A stretch of DNA of 33,352 nucleotides from an uncultured Clostridia bacterium (GCA_947385945.1 CANDMY010000006.1:64001-97352); one strand, 5' to 3'; positions 18,877 through 27,535 are shown, counted from the stretch's first letter. The notes: a model not told the origin generated them from the letters alone. Translations and numbers: made by a program.

Positions 18877-18949
18877 TGCCTGTAGATTTATTTATTTCCT
18901 ATTTTTTTATAAAATTCAATATAAATATTTTCTTAAAGAATATGTTCTA

Positions 18950-19110
18950 TTCATTTTCTTTCATTTATGTTATTTATTTCCTTTCATTTATGTTATTTAT
19001 TTTCTTTCATTTACGTTATTTATTTTCTTTTATTTATGTTATTTATTTTCTTTCATTCATATTATCTATTTCCTCTTATTTATGTTATCTATTCTCTTTT
19101 ATTTATTTCG
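18950..19110 (+). repeat. Tandem array of ~7 direct repeats of a 23-bp T-rich unit (tttcatttatgttatttattttc), each with an ~11.5-bp sub-period
   Basis: Units read directly: tttcatttatgttatttatttcc / tttcatttatgttatttattttc / tttcatttacgttatttattttc / ttttatttatgttatttattttc / tttcattcatattatctatttcc / tcttatttatgttatctattctc / ttttatttatttcg. There are no unique spacers, so this is not a CRISPR array. Confidence 0.8.
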
Positions 19111-19240
19111 TTTATTTTTTATAAGATTCAAAAAAATTTTTTTTAAAGTTTTTCTTATTTCTTATTATAGGGTTTCTTATTATAGGGGCAAAAATACCAG
19201 CATATTTATACAATCTTTGTATAAAATTCCCACCTTGACA

Positions 19241-19292
19241 ATTAGTACAGTTATGGACTATACGATAGATAGTACAGAACTGTACTAATATA
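19241..19292 (+). promoter_or_regulatory. Candidate MarR operator: palindrome AGTACAGaaCTGTACT plus a third AGTACAG half-site, overlapping a TTGACA -35-like hexamer just upstream of marR
   Basis: ttgacaattAGTACAGttatggactatacgatagatAGTACAGaaCTGTACTaat lies ~20-70 nt upstream of the marR ATG. MarR-family dimers bind such pseudo-palindromes and commonly autoregulate. Confidence 0.4.
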
Positions 19293-19308
19293 TTTAAAGA
19301 GGTAAATT

Positions 19309-19776
19309 ATGAGAAACAACACCATTTTTATGGAACAACTAAATAAATATTACGCTATATGGCAGGAGTATAACTATGTATATGAAGAATGGGCAAAAGC
19401 ACATGGACTGTCAGTCAACAGCCTTTTCGTACTGTGTGCCATTCACGATGGTGGAGATGATTGTACACAGAAAAAAATCAGTCAAAGATGGCTAATACCA
19501 AAGCAGACAATCAATATGGTTTTAAAAGATTTTGAACGCCGAGGATTTACAGAACTGTTTCCTATGCCGGAAGATAAAAGAAATAAAATAATACGATTTA
19601 CAAAAACAGGAAAAGAATATGCCGATACTATTATTTCCGAATTGCGAAAAGTAGAACTATTTGCAGTAGAGAAAATAGGCATAGAACGGATGCAGCAGTT
19701 AAACGAAAATATGGCTTTATTTGTAGACCTTTTCAGCAAAGCAGGAGGTAAAAAAGACCATGAAACAAACTTATGA
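19309..19776 (+). CDS. MarR-family winged-helix transcriptional regulator
   Basis: 155 aa. Central wHTH segment ...TQKKISQRWLIPKQTINMVLKDFERRGFTELFPMPEDKRNKIIRFTKTGKEYAD. AGAGGTAAATT SD. The 3' end overlaps the MATE gene start. Confidence 0.75.
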   Translation: MRNNTIFMEQLNKYYAIWQEYNYVYEEWAKAHGLSVNSLFVLCAIHDGGDDCTQKKISQRWLIPKQTINMVLKDFERRGFTELFPMPEDKRNKIIRFTKTGKEYADTIISELRKVELFAVEKIGIERMQQLNENMALFVDLFSKAGGKKDHETNL

Positions 19777-21099
19777 TATAAAAACTTTCCTTCAATTCGT
19801 TATCCCATCTGTGCTGTCTTTTGCTTTATCAGGGGTTTATACGATTGTAGACGGTTTTTTTATAGGAAACAGCATAGGCGATTTAGGACTCTCAGCCGTC
19901 AATATCGCTTATCCCATTGTAGCAGTAATTCAAGCACTTGGGACAGGAATCGGAATGGGTGGTGCAATTTATTATTCCATTTGCAAAGCCGAAAAAAAAG
20001 AGGAACAGGCAAGAGAATTTACAGCCGGTGCTTTATGGATACTGATTATTTCAAGCATCCTTTTAACCATTTCTGTTTTTCTTTTAAACAGCACTCTTTT
20101 AAAATTATTAGGGGCAAGCAGCGAACTGCTTTTATTGGGAGAAGAATATATTGCCGTTATCGCCTTAGGAGCTGCCCTGCAAGTAATTGGTACAGGATTC
20201 ATTCCTTTTATCCGTAATTATGGCGGTTCCTTTTCTGCAATGGTTTCTATGATTGCAGGTTTTGTTACCAATATCATTTTTGACTACCTATTTGTATGGA
20301 TATTAGGGCGAGGCGTTGCAGGTGCAGCATGGGCTACAGTAATCGGGCAAGGTATTACCCTGCTGACTGCACTTATCTATTTATTACACAAAAAACAACT
20401 TACATTAAACATTCCTCTTTCAAAGTTTGGAAAGGTATCTGCATCCATACTTAAAATCGGAATTGCTCCATTTGGACTTACCATGTCCCCTAATCTCTCT
20501 CTTATAATTATAAACCGTTTCTCCATGTCCTATGGAGGAGAATCGGCAATTGCTGTCTATGCTTGTATTTCCTATGTCATTTGCATTGTCTATTTAATAC
20601 TGCAGGGAGTAGGTGATGGAAGTCAACCGTTACTCAGTCAGCACTACGGTGAAAAAAATTTTGATAAACTAAAAAACACAAGAAATTTCGCTTATCGATT
20701 TGCCATGTTCCTCTCCTTTATTGGCTGCATCATTATGTATTTAACAAGAAAAGAGCTCGGCGTATTATTCGGAGCATCAAATGAAGTAAATAAAGAAATT
20801 GCAAAAATAATGCCCATCTTTTTGTTTTCCGTACCCTTTGTTGCAATTCTCCGTATCACAACAGCGAGTTTTTATGCCACAGAAAAAATACCTTTTCCTA
20901 TATTTTGACTTTTATTGAACCATTGCTTATGTTAATACTTATGCTTATACTACCGCCTCTATTTGGCGGGCAGATAATGATCTGGTGGAGTACCGTTTTA
21001 GCAAGGATTTTCTCGGCATTATTAGCTATTATCCTAAAAACCCATACAGACAAAAAGCCCTTATCAAATAATACAATATTAGAATACAAAAATGAATAA
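19760..21099 (+). pseudogene. MATE-family multidrug efflux transporter with an apparent frameshift near 20880-20910 (or an uncorrected sequencing error)
   Basis: The 382-aa ORF (19760-20908) has polytopic MATE-like helices but stops after ~10 TMs. A 64-aa ORF in another frame (20905-21099, MTFIEPLLMLILMLILPPLFGGQIMIWWSTVLARIF...) looks like the missing hydrophobic C-terminus. An A7 homopolymer sits at ~20882-20890, just before the frame change. Confidence 0.55.
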
Positions 21100-21107
21100 A
21101 AATATCA

Positions 21108-21425
21108 AAGAAAATTCGGCATCCGCTCCACTACTTCCTTATAATCCTATGCTGCTATCGCAACTTGTCAGATAGGGCTTGCACCCCACCTGACACAAGG
21201 AACTCCCCCAACCCACCACCTTCGCCTTCACGGCTTAGAAGCAGCAAACTTCCTTGATAGGGTCAAATCGGATATTCGCAATCCGCTTCGCTACTTGCTC
21301 ATAACCTCATAACTGCTATCGCAGCCTTTCAGTGGGAGTCTGCACTCCCACTGAAACAAGGAAGTCCCAGCCCGCCGCTTTCGCCTTGGCGGCTTAGAAG
21401 CGGGGACTTCCTTGATGAGGTTAAA
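21108..21425 (+). repeat. Copies D and E of the modular intergenic repeat, in tandem; D is a divergent variant, E is full-length with an extra inserted hairpin (cagtgggagtctgcactcccactg)
   Basis: D: ...atccgctccactacttccttataatcctatgctgctatcgcaac...cgccttcacggcttagaagcagcaaacttccttgatagggtc. E: tcaaatcggatattcgcaatccgcttcgctacttgctcataacctcataactgctatcgcagc...cgccttggcggcttagaagcggggacttccttgatgaggttaaaa. Confidence 0.75.
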
Positions 21426-21561
21426 AAACCAGTAAAAATTTCCACAAACCAAAAATAAATCAAAACCTAACAAAAACTCCAAAAACCTAAAGAAAAACAA
21501 AAAAACAACTCTCAAAATCCCAAAAGGAAAGCCATCATTAAGTAAATTAAGCGAAAAAGCA

Positions 21562-21795
21562 GCCAGAGTGCGGTATGGCGGCGATGTGACTTCGGAAGAA
21601 AGTTAGAAGCTCTTAAACTTCTGTCGATCCACTAGGATTTTTTGCCATTCTCGAATGGCAAAAAAAGGGGTGTGTTTAGCCCGCTGTACGGGCGAATTGC
21701 ACCCCGTTCCGTCCGGTTGGATGCATCTATATTCAGAAGTTTTAGAGCTTCTTACTTTCTGTAGAGCGGAACATCGCTGCCATACCACACTCTGG
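21562..21795 (+). repeat. Copy 2 of the long imperfect-palindrome element, with private outer stem gccagagtgcggtatggcggcgatg / catcgctgccataccacactctggc
   Basis: The core (about 21587-21770) is ~90% identical to copy 1. The outer 25-bp arms are unrelated in sequence to those of copies 1 and 3, yet mutually complementary (one mismatch, one G:U). Confidence 0.7.
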
Positions 21796-21852
21796 CGTCC
21801 TCCCCCAAAAATTATCTATCCCCCTTAAAATAAAGAATATTCGCAAAACCTA

Positions 21853-21882
21853 TTGATCTCCATTCTTCCTCTATGCTAAAAT
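21853..21882 (+). promoter_or_regulatory. Putative sigma-A promoter for the malic enzyme gene (-35 TTGATC, 18-nt spacer, -10 TAAAAT)
   Basis: tatTGATCtccattcttcctctatgcTAAAATaaaa, ~60 nt upstream of the ATG at 21940. Confidence 0.35.
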
Positions 21883-21939
21883 AAAAACCAATGCGATCAA
21901 CCCGCATCAATATTTTAGAACAAAGATAGGAGACATAGA

Positions 21940-23091
21940 ATGACAACAAGTGAAAAAGCTCTAACACTGCACAAAAAATGGAACGGCAAAATCGAAACCA
22001 TCTCGAAATGCCCTATCCAATCCAGAGAAGATCTCGCCCTGGCATACACTCCAGGCGTGGCAGAACCCTGCAAAGTAATAGCCAAAGACAAAAAAGCAGC
22101 CTATCAATACACCTTAAAAGCCAACACCGTAGCGGTTATTACAGACGGAAGTGCCGTCCTAGGTTTAGGAAATATCGGACCTTACGCCGCAATGCCGGTA
22201 ATGGAAGGAAAAGCCGCACTATTTAAAGAATTCGGCGGCATCAATGCCTTTCCAATCTGCTTAGACACCCAGGACACCGAAGAAATCATTAAAACCATTG
22301 TCCATATCGCCCCTGCATTTGGAGGCATTAACCTAGAAGATATTTCTGCCCCACGTTGCTTCGAAATCGAAGAACGTTTAAAATCCCTTCTAGATATCCC
22401 GGTCTTTCATGACGATCAGCACGGAACCGCTATTGTCGTCCTAGCTGGTATTATCAATGCACTAAAAGTAGTAAAAAAGCAAAAAGAAGACTGCAAAGTA
22501 GTTGTAAACGGTGCCGGCTCCGCAGGAATTGCTATTACCAAACTCCTGCTGACCTATGGTTTTCTATCCGTTACTCTATGTGACAAATCTGGTATCCTTT
22601 CTAAAACCACCAAAGATCTCAACTGGATGCAGAAGCAAATGGTTGACCGCACTAACTTAGAAGGAAAAACAGGGTCTCTATCGGATGCCCTAAAAGGTGC
22701 CGATATTTTTATTGGCGTATCCGCACCGAATATTGTAACACCGGAAATGGTAGCATCTATGAACTCAGATGCCATCTTATTTGCTATGGCAAATCCTGTA
22801 CCTGAAATTATGCCGGATTTAGCAAAGGCAGCCGGTGCAAGAGTGATTGGTACCGGGCGATCTGACTTTCCTAATCAAGTCAACAATGTAGTAGCATTTC
22901 CGGGTATTTTTAAAGGTGCATTGGAAGGACACGCCACACAGATTACAGAGGAAATGAAATTGGCTGCTGCAAAAGCCATCGCCAGTTTAGTACCAGATTC
23001 GGAATTAAGCGATAACAATATTATGCCGCAGGCTTTTGATCCTCGTGTTGCAGAAATTGTAAGCAATGCAGTAAAAAGCCATATCCATTAA
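21940..23091 (+). CDS. NAD(P)-dependent malic enzyme (malate dehydrogenase, oxaloacetate-decarboxylating), short ~380-aa form
   Basis: MTTSEKALTLHKKWNGKIETISKCPIQSREDLALAYTPGVAEPC... is the typical bacterial malic-enzyme N-terminus. Rossmann GAGSAGIAI. GGAGAC SD. Confidence 0.85.
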   Translation: MTTSEKALTLHKKWNGKIETISKCPIQSREDLALAYTPGVAEPCKVIAKDKKAAYQYTLKANTVAVITDGSAVLGLGNIGPYAAMPVMEGKAALFKEFGGINAFPICLDTQDTEEIIKTIVHIAPAFGGINLEDISAPRCFEIEERLKSLLDIPVFHDDQHGTAIVVLAGIINALKVVKKQKEDCKVVVNGAGSAGIAITKLLLTYGFLSVTLCDKSGILSKTTKDLNWMQKQMVDRTNLEGKTGSLSDALKGADIFIGVSAPNIVTPEMVASMNSDAILFAMANPVPEIMPDLAKAAGARVIGTGRSDFPNQVNNVVAFPGIFKGALEGHATQITEEMKLAAAKAIASLVPDSELSDNNIMPQAFDPRVAEIVSNAVKSHIH

Positions 23092-23092
23092 A

Positions 23093-24019
23093 ATGGACTG
23101 GAACGGAAAGCCTTACTATTCACTGGATTTTTATCTAAAGCAGACCTTTGGCGAAAAAATCTATCGTGTTGCTTTAGACGGAGGCATGAGCTGCCCCAAT
23201 CGGGACGGAACGATTGGAACAGGAGGATGTATCTTCTGCAGTGCCGGAGGTTCCGGCGATTTTGCCGCTTCCCGTCTGCTCTCTATTACAGAACAGATTG
23301 AACAGGAAAAACAGAAAATCCAGCAGAAACGACATTGTAACCGTTTTATCGCTTATTTTCAAGCCTATACCAATACCTATGCACCAATAGAAACCCTGCA
23401 CCGTCTCTTTACAGAAGCGATCTCTCATCCAGATATTGCGGTTCTTTCTATTGCTACACGTCCAGACTGTTTAGACGAATCTGTTCTGGCACTATTAGAA
23501 GAACTCAATCAAAAAAAGCCTGTCTGGATTGAGTTAGGACTCCAGACCATGCACGATAACACGGCTGATTTCATTCATCGGGGCTATCCGCTGTCTGTCT
23601 ATCAAGATACGGTAATCCGCTTAAAAAGAAGAAATCTGCCTATTATTACACATATTATTTTGGGACTTCCATACGAATCCGAAGCCGATATACTTGCAAC
23701 GATTGCCTATCTAAATCAAATTGGCTGTGACGGCATTAAACTGCAGCTGCTGCATATTCTGCGTGGCACACAACTTGCTAAGCTATATCAAAAAGAACCA
23801 TTTCCCATTTTTACACAGGAGGAATATCTCTCGGTTCTAATTCATTGTCTAGAACACCTCTCTCCTCATACGGTTATTCACCGTGTTACAGGAGACGGTC
23901 CAAAGGATTTATTACTGGCTCCTCTATGGAGTCAAAATAAACGAGGAGTCTTAAATTCTCTCCACCGAGAGATGAAACTGCGTGGCACCTATCAGGGAAG
24001 GAGGTTTTCATGCCAGTAG
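23093..24019 (+). CDS. Radical SAM protein, TIGR01212 (YhcC-like) family
   Basis: DGGMSCPNRDGTIGTGGCIFCS is the characteristic extended Cys box of this family. ~308 aa. The ATG follows 1 nt after the malic-enzyme stop. Confidence 0.75.
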   Translation: MDWNGKPYYSLDFYLKQTFGEKIYRVALDGGMSCPNRDGTIGTGGCIFCSAGGSGDFAASRLLSITEQIEQEKQKIQQKRHCNRFIAYFQAYTNTYAPIETLHRLFTEAISHPDIAVLSIATRPDCLDESVLALLEELNQKKPVWIELGLQTMHDNTADFIHRGYPLSVYQDTVIRLKRRNLPIITHIILGLPYESEADILATIAYLNQIGCDGIKLQLLHILRGTQLAKLYQKEPFPIFTQEEYLSVLIHCLEHLSPHTVIHRVTGDGPKDLLLAPLWSQNKRGVLNSLHREMKLRGTYQGRRFSCQ

Positions 24020-24543
24020 AAGTACTTACACTCTATAAACTCATGATTTTATATATGCTGAACAAAGTAAATTTTCCCCTTACCAATGCTCAGATTTCCA
24101 ATTTTATCTTAGGAAAAGAATATACCAACTATTTTACCCTGCAGAAAGTATTGTCTGAACTTTTGGATATTGCTTTAATCAGCACAAAAACGATTCGTCA
24201 TACTACCTATTACCAGATTACTTCCCAAGGAGAAGAAACCCTGCATTTTTTTGAAAATAAAATCTCCGATCTGATTAAAGACGAAATTGTTGCCTATCTA
24301 ATGGAAAATAAATATGAACTCCGCAACGAAGTGGGAACCATTGCCGATTACTATAAATCTTTGAATAAAGATTATATTGTTCACTGTCAGGTAAAAGAAG
24401 GCTCTTCCACTTTAATTGAACTTAATATCTCTGTACCAACAGAAGAATATGCCGAGCGAATGTGCAGCAACTGGCGAAAAGGCAGCCAGGATATCTACGC
24501 CTATATTATGAATGTATTAAATAACAGACCCAAAATCGAGTAG
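24010..24543 (+). CDS. Hypothetical protein (177 aa), possibly the DUF4364-type partner often found after TIGR01212 radical SAM genes
   Basis: Overlaps the radical SAM stop by 10 nt (coupled). No motif verified from sequence. The DUF assignment is from memory of gene neighbourhoods only. Confidence 0.4.
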   Translation: MPVEVLTLYKLMILYMLNKVNFPLTNAQISNFILGKEYTNYFTLQKVLSELLDIALISTKTIRHTTYYQITSQGEETLHFFENKISDLIKDEIVAYLMENKYELRNEVGTIADYYKSLNKDYIVHCQVKEGSSTLIELNISVPTEEYAERMCSNWRKGSQDIYAYIMNVLNNRPKIE

Positions 24544-24618
24544 GAAAGGTTACTTCTCCTATTCGCTGCACTGGGCGTCTGTCAGCTTACTGACCCCTTT
24601 GGACGCCTGTATACATAA

Positions 24619-24650
24619 AAGGAGCTGCTGTAAAATTTTACAGCAGCCCC
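24619..24650 (-). terminator. Rho-independent terminator between convergent genes (hairpin ggagctgctgtaaaattttacagcagcccc), strongest for dpaB on the minus strand
   Basis: 12-bp perfect stem gctgctgtaaaa / ttttacagcagc. On the minus strand it is followed by TTTTATGTAT. A second nested hairpin (ggcgtc tgtcagcttactgac ...gacgcc) lies at ~24572-24606. Confidence 0.6.
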
Positions 24651-24667
24651 TTAACATTTATAAAAAA

Positions 24668-25273
24668 TCAGCGTCCAAAACACTGGTGAATCGGACTTAG
24701 AATCACCGGCTGTATCTGTTTTCCTTCCAATGCTTCTTCTAAAGTAGCACAGATTAAATCAGTATGTGCAATCATCGAATTAGGCTTTCCTATACAGCTG
24801 TCCTGTCCAAATGGAACAAAATATACATTTTTTGTATTCATCAATACTCCAATATTTTTTAAATTCATACTAAGAGAATCGTTGCTTGACAGGGAAATAA
24901 CCAGCGGACGATTGTTTCTTAAATGTGACTTTGCTGCCATTAATACCGGAGAATCCGTAATCCCGTTTGCAAACTTTGCCAGTGTATTTCCGGTACAAGG
25001 TGCAATCAATATAATATCCAGTAAATTTTTCGGACCGATTGGTTCTGCTTCTGGTATCGTAAGGATCGGTTTATTTCCGGTAATCTCTTCTGCTCTCTTT
25101 AGAAAATCCGCTGCCTTTCCAAAACGGGAATCAATACTTTTTGCCTGATTCGAAAAGATCGGCGTTACCTTTGCCCCTTCCTCTACCAAATGTTTCATTT
25201 CCATATAGATTTTTTCATACATACAAAAGGAACCTGTCAAAGCCATTCCTATTCTTTTATCATATAACCTCAT
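24668..25273 (-). CDS. dpaB: Dipicolinate synthase subunit B (SpoVFB), flavoprotein-like
   Basis: MRLYDKRIGMALTGSFCMYEKIY...VTPIFSNQAKSIDSRFGKAADFLKRAEEITGNKPILTIPEAEPIGPKNLLDIILIAPCTGNTLAKFANGITDSPVLMAAKSHLRNNRPLVISLSSNDSLSMN closely parallels B. subtilis SpoVFB along its whole length. Confidence 0.85.
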   Translation of the reverse strand: MRLYDKRIGMALTGSFCMYEKIYMEMKHLVEEGAKVTPIFSNQAKSIDSRFGKAADFLKRAEEITGNKPILTIPEAEPIGPKNLLDIILIAPCTGNTLAKFANGITDSPVLMAAKSHLRNNRPLVISLSSNDSLSMNLKNIGVLMNTKNVYFVPFGQDSCIGKPNSMIAHTDLICATLEEALEGKQIQPVILSPIHQCFGR

Positions 25274-25331
25274 AAGGAATCCCTCTTTTCTTAATCTGTC
25301 ACAGGACTCCTTCCGCCTTTTCTATGGCAGA

Positions 25332-26060
25332 TTATTCCTCCTGTGCCAGTAAAATTTCACATAATTTTTTTGCGGAGGATTTTGCAGCAAAACGCCCCGG
25401 AATTTTTAGGATCTGAACGGCATTTAATTGACGTTCCTCTGCTGCACAGTAATCCACACCGCCCTCGTTGGATGCAATATCAATTAAAACCACATCCTTC
25501 CTTAGTTTCTCTAAAACAGCATCCGTAAACAGCACCGCCGGCACCGTATTAAAAAAATATTGAAACTCTCCTGCTTTTTCTGCAAGCTCCTCTGTCCGTA
25601 TCACCTGAAAGCCGTCCTGAAATGCCTTCTTCGCTGTCTCTTCCCGCCGAACCGCTACTGTGGTCTGTGCACCTAATGCCCTGCATTTTTCCGCCAATAC
25701 ACGCCCGCAAGTCCCATATCCTGTAACACATACCGTACTTCCCTCTATATTCCAAGGACTCATGATAACCGCATGTGCAATGGCTCCCTCTGCCGTAGCG
25801 ATTGCATTAAAACTTTTACATCTTTTATCTGTCAGCATATGAAAAAAAACTGCCCCTTTCTCGCTCAGAGCAGTTTCTATTTCCTGCGGTATCCTTCCAA
25901 CAACACAAACGGTCTTTTTCCCTCGTTCAATCGGATAACGTTCCCATATCTCTTTCTCTGGTTCTTTTGAGATATGCATCACCTGTTTTCCCTTTTGCTT
26001 TAACATTTTATAAAGTTCTTCTAATCGTTTATCCTGACCAATTAAAAGATAAGCTGCCAT
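25332..26060 (-). CDS. dpaA: Dipicolinate synthase subunit A (SpoVFA), NAD(P)-binding
   Basis: Lies immediately upstream of dpaB on the same strand. Rossmann-type VTGYGTCGRVLAEKCRALGAQTTVAVRREE. ~242 aa. Confidence 0.75.
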   Translation of the reverse strand: MAAYLLIGQDKRLEELYKMLKQKGKQVMHISKEPEKEIWERYPIERGKKTVCVVGRIPQEIETALSEKGAVFFHMLTDKRCKSFNAIATAEGAIAHAVIMSPWNIEGSTVCVTGYGTCGRVLAEKCRALGAQTTVAVRREETAKKAFQDGFQVIRTEELAEKAGEFQYFFNTVPAVLFTDAVLEKLRKDVVLIDIASNEGGVDYCAAEERQLNAVQILKIPGRFAAKSSAKKLCEILLAQEE

Positions 26061-26136
26061 AAAATTTTCCTTTCAGAACATTGCGGTTCTTACACTATAT
26101 CATATGTAAGAAAGAAAGCAGATGTTCCTTTCCCGT

Positions 26137-26970
26137 TTATAATACCCCCTTATTTTTCCGATATTGATGAGGGGAAATCCCTCTTGCCTTTTTAAATACA
26201 TCTCCAAAATAATTGCTGTCATTAAAGCCACACTGCAGTGCAATCTCCGTAATACTATCCTTTGTCTGAAGCAGCCGCTTTTCCGCCTCTTTAATCCGAA
26301 TATTGCCAAGATATTCTTTAAATCCAAATCCTGTCACACGTTTAAACTTTCTGGAAAAATAAGTAGGACTCATACTTGCCCTTTTTGCCGCATCCTCCAA
26401 ATTAATGCTGCTGAAATAATTCTCACTGATATAGCGAGCTACACTCTGGATCACTTCATCCATTTCATCTAACTCCTCCATTCCGTTTTCCTGTATCTTT
26501 TGATAACGCAGAAAAAACACCAGCAATTCCCTCAAATACCCTCTAAGCAGCAAATCCGAATACTCGTCCATATTTTTATACTCTGCTTCCATCCGCTCCA
26601 ATAAATTAAAAATATACTCTCTCCGATGCATAGGAATCTTAATATGCGGCTGCTGAAAACACTTTAAAAAAAACTCTTTTCCATAGTCCTGCTGAAAAGC
26701 CAGCAAATATTCCTCCGTAAAACGAATCACATACCGCTCATGAGGCAGTGCATTATCCTGTGCATAAGTAGAGCGATGAATATTTCCCTTTTCAATCAGC
26801 AGAACATCACCTTTATCCAATGTATACAAGGTATGCTCCATAAAAAAACGCCTCTTTCCCGTCAGCAGAAAATAAATTTCATAATCCTCTCTATGTGTAT
26901 GCGGATTCTTCATAGAAAAATAAGCTTCTCTTTTTATCTTTGTAATACTAAATCCTTCTCTGTTTCTCAT
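26137..26970 (-). CDS. AraC-family transcriptional regulator with N-terminal cupin sensor domain
   Basis: C-terminal twin HTH (...YISENYFSSINLEDAAKRASMSPTYFSRKFKRVTGFGFKEYLGNIRIKEAEKRLLQTKDSITEIALQCGFNDSNYFGDVFKKARGISPHQYRKN). The N-terminal half is cupin-like. Confidence 0.8.
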   Translation of the reverse strand: MRNREGFSITKIKREAYFSMKNPHTHREDYEIYFLLTGKRRFFMEHTLYTLDKGDVLLIEKGNIHRSTYAQDNALPHERYVIRFTEEYLLAFQQDYGKEFFLKCFQQPHIKIPMHRREYIFNLLERMEAEYKNMDEYSDLLLRGYLRELLVFFLRYQKIQENGMEELDEMDEVIQSVARYISENYFSSINLEDAAKRASMSPTYFSRKFKRVTGFGFKEYLGNIRIKEAEKRLLQTKDSITEIALQCGFNDSNYFGDVFKKARGISPHQYRKNKGVL

Positions 26971-27505
26971 AATCTTTTCTCAACTTCCCTCTATCATTCT
27001 CGTTTCTCTTAGTGTATCATATTTCTCTCTATTATTCATTTCCTATTATAAAATTTACATTTTTTTCATATTCTATTTGACTTTTATTTTTGGAATAAAA
27101 CTTATTTATTTTTATATAAAAGCCTATCCCCCTATTTCCTATTCACTGTCCCTATAATTCTACAAAAAAGTCAAAAAATCTGTAATTCATTGTCGTTTAA
27201 GCAAATTTTTCGTAGATTATTTCTCATTTTTATTATATTATAAATATGCTTTGATAACAACGGAAACGTTGAAACAAAGTAAAACGAAATGTGCTTTTAT
27301 CGAATTTTCGTTTAAGACCATTTCCCCATTGTTTTGATTTTTCAAAACAATATTGGTCTGGTCAAGTTTTTGACCATATATCCCCTAAAAGCCCGCAGAT
27401 GGTTCCCCCTGTCTGCGGGCTTTCCCGTTATCTTAAAATCAAAAAAAGCAAACTTACACCCCCATCCACATACCCTTCTTTACAAATCTTTTATATACAA
27501 AAAAA

Positions 27506-27535
27506 ATCCTGTAAACATAAATGTTTACGGTTAGA
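27506..27535 (-). terminator. Rho-independent terminator (hairpin ccgtaaacatttatgtttacagg + T7) after the recombinase-fragment ORF
   Basis: On the minus strand: ctaaCCGTAAACATttATGTTTACAGGatttttttgtatat. Confidence 0.5.

Noticed and set aside
18950-19110. The 23-bp tandem array could be a CRISPR array.
   Set aside because: The units are contiguous with no intervening unique spacers, are extremely AT-rich and are non-palindromic, and no cas genes are nearby.
18752-19288. 178-aa ORF and 60-aa ORF 18942-19124 as genes.
   Set aside because: Their translations are poly-F/L/Y low-complexity strings generated by the T-rich tandem repeat. The 5' part lies inside palindrome copy 3.
26100-26472. ORFs 26100-26327(-) and 26164-26472(+) overlapping the 3' end of the AraC gene.
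   Set aside because: The AraC frame carries a clear HTH signature, and the alternatives lack an RBS and any motif.
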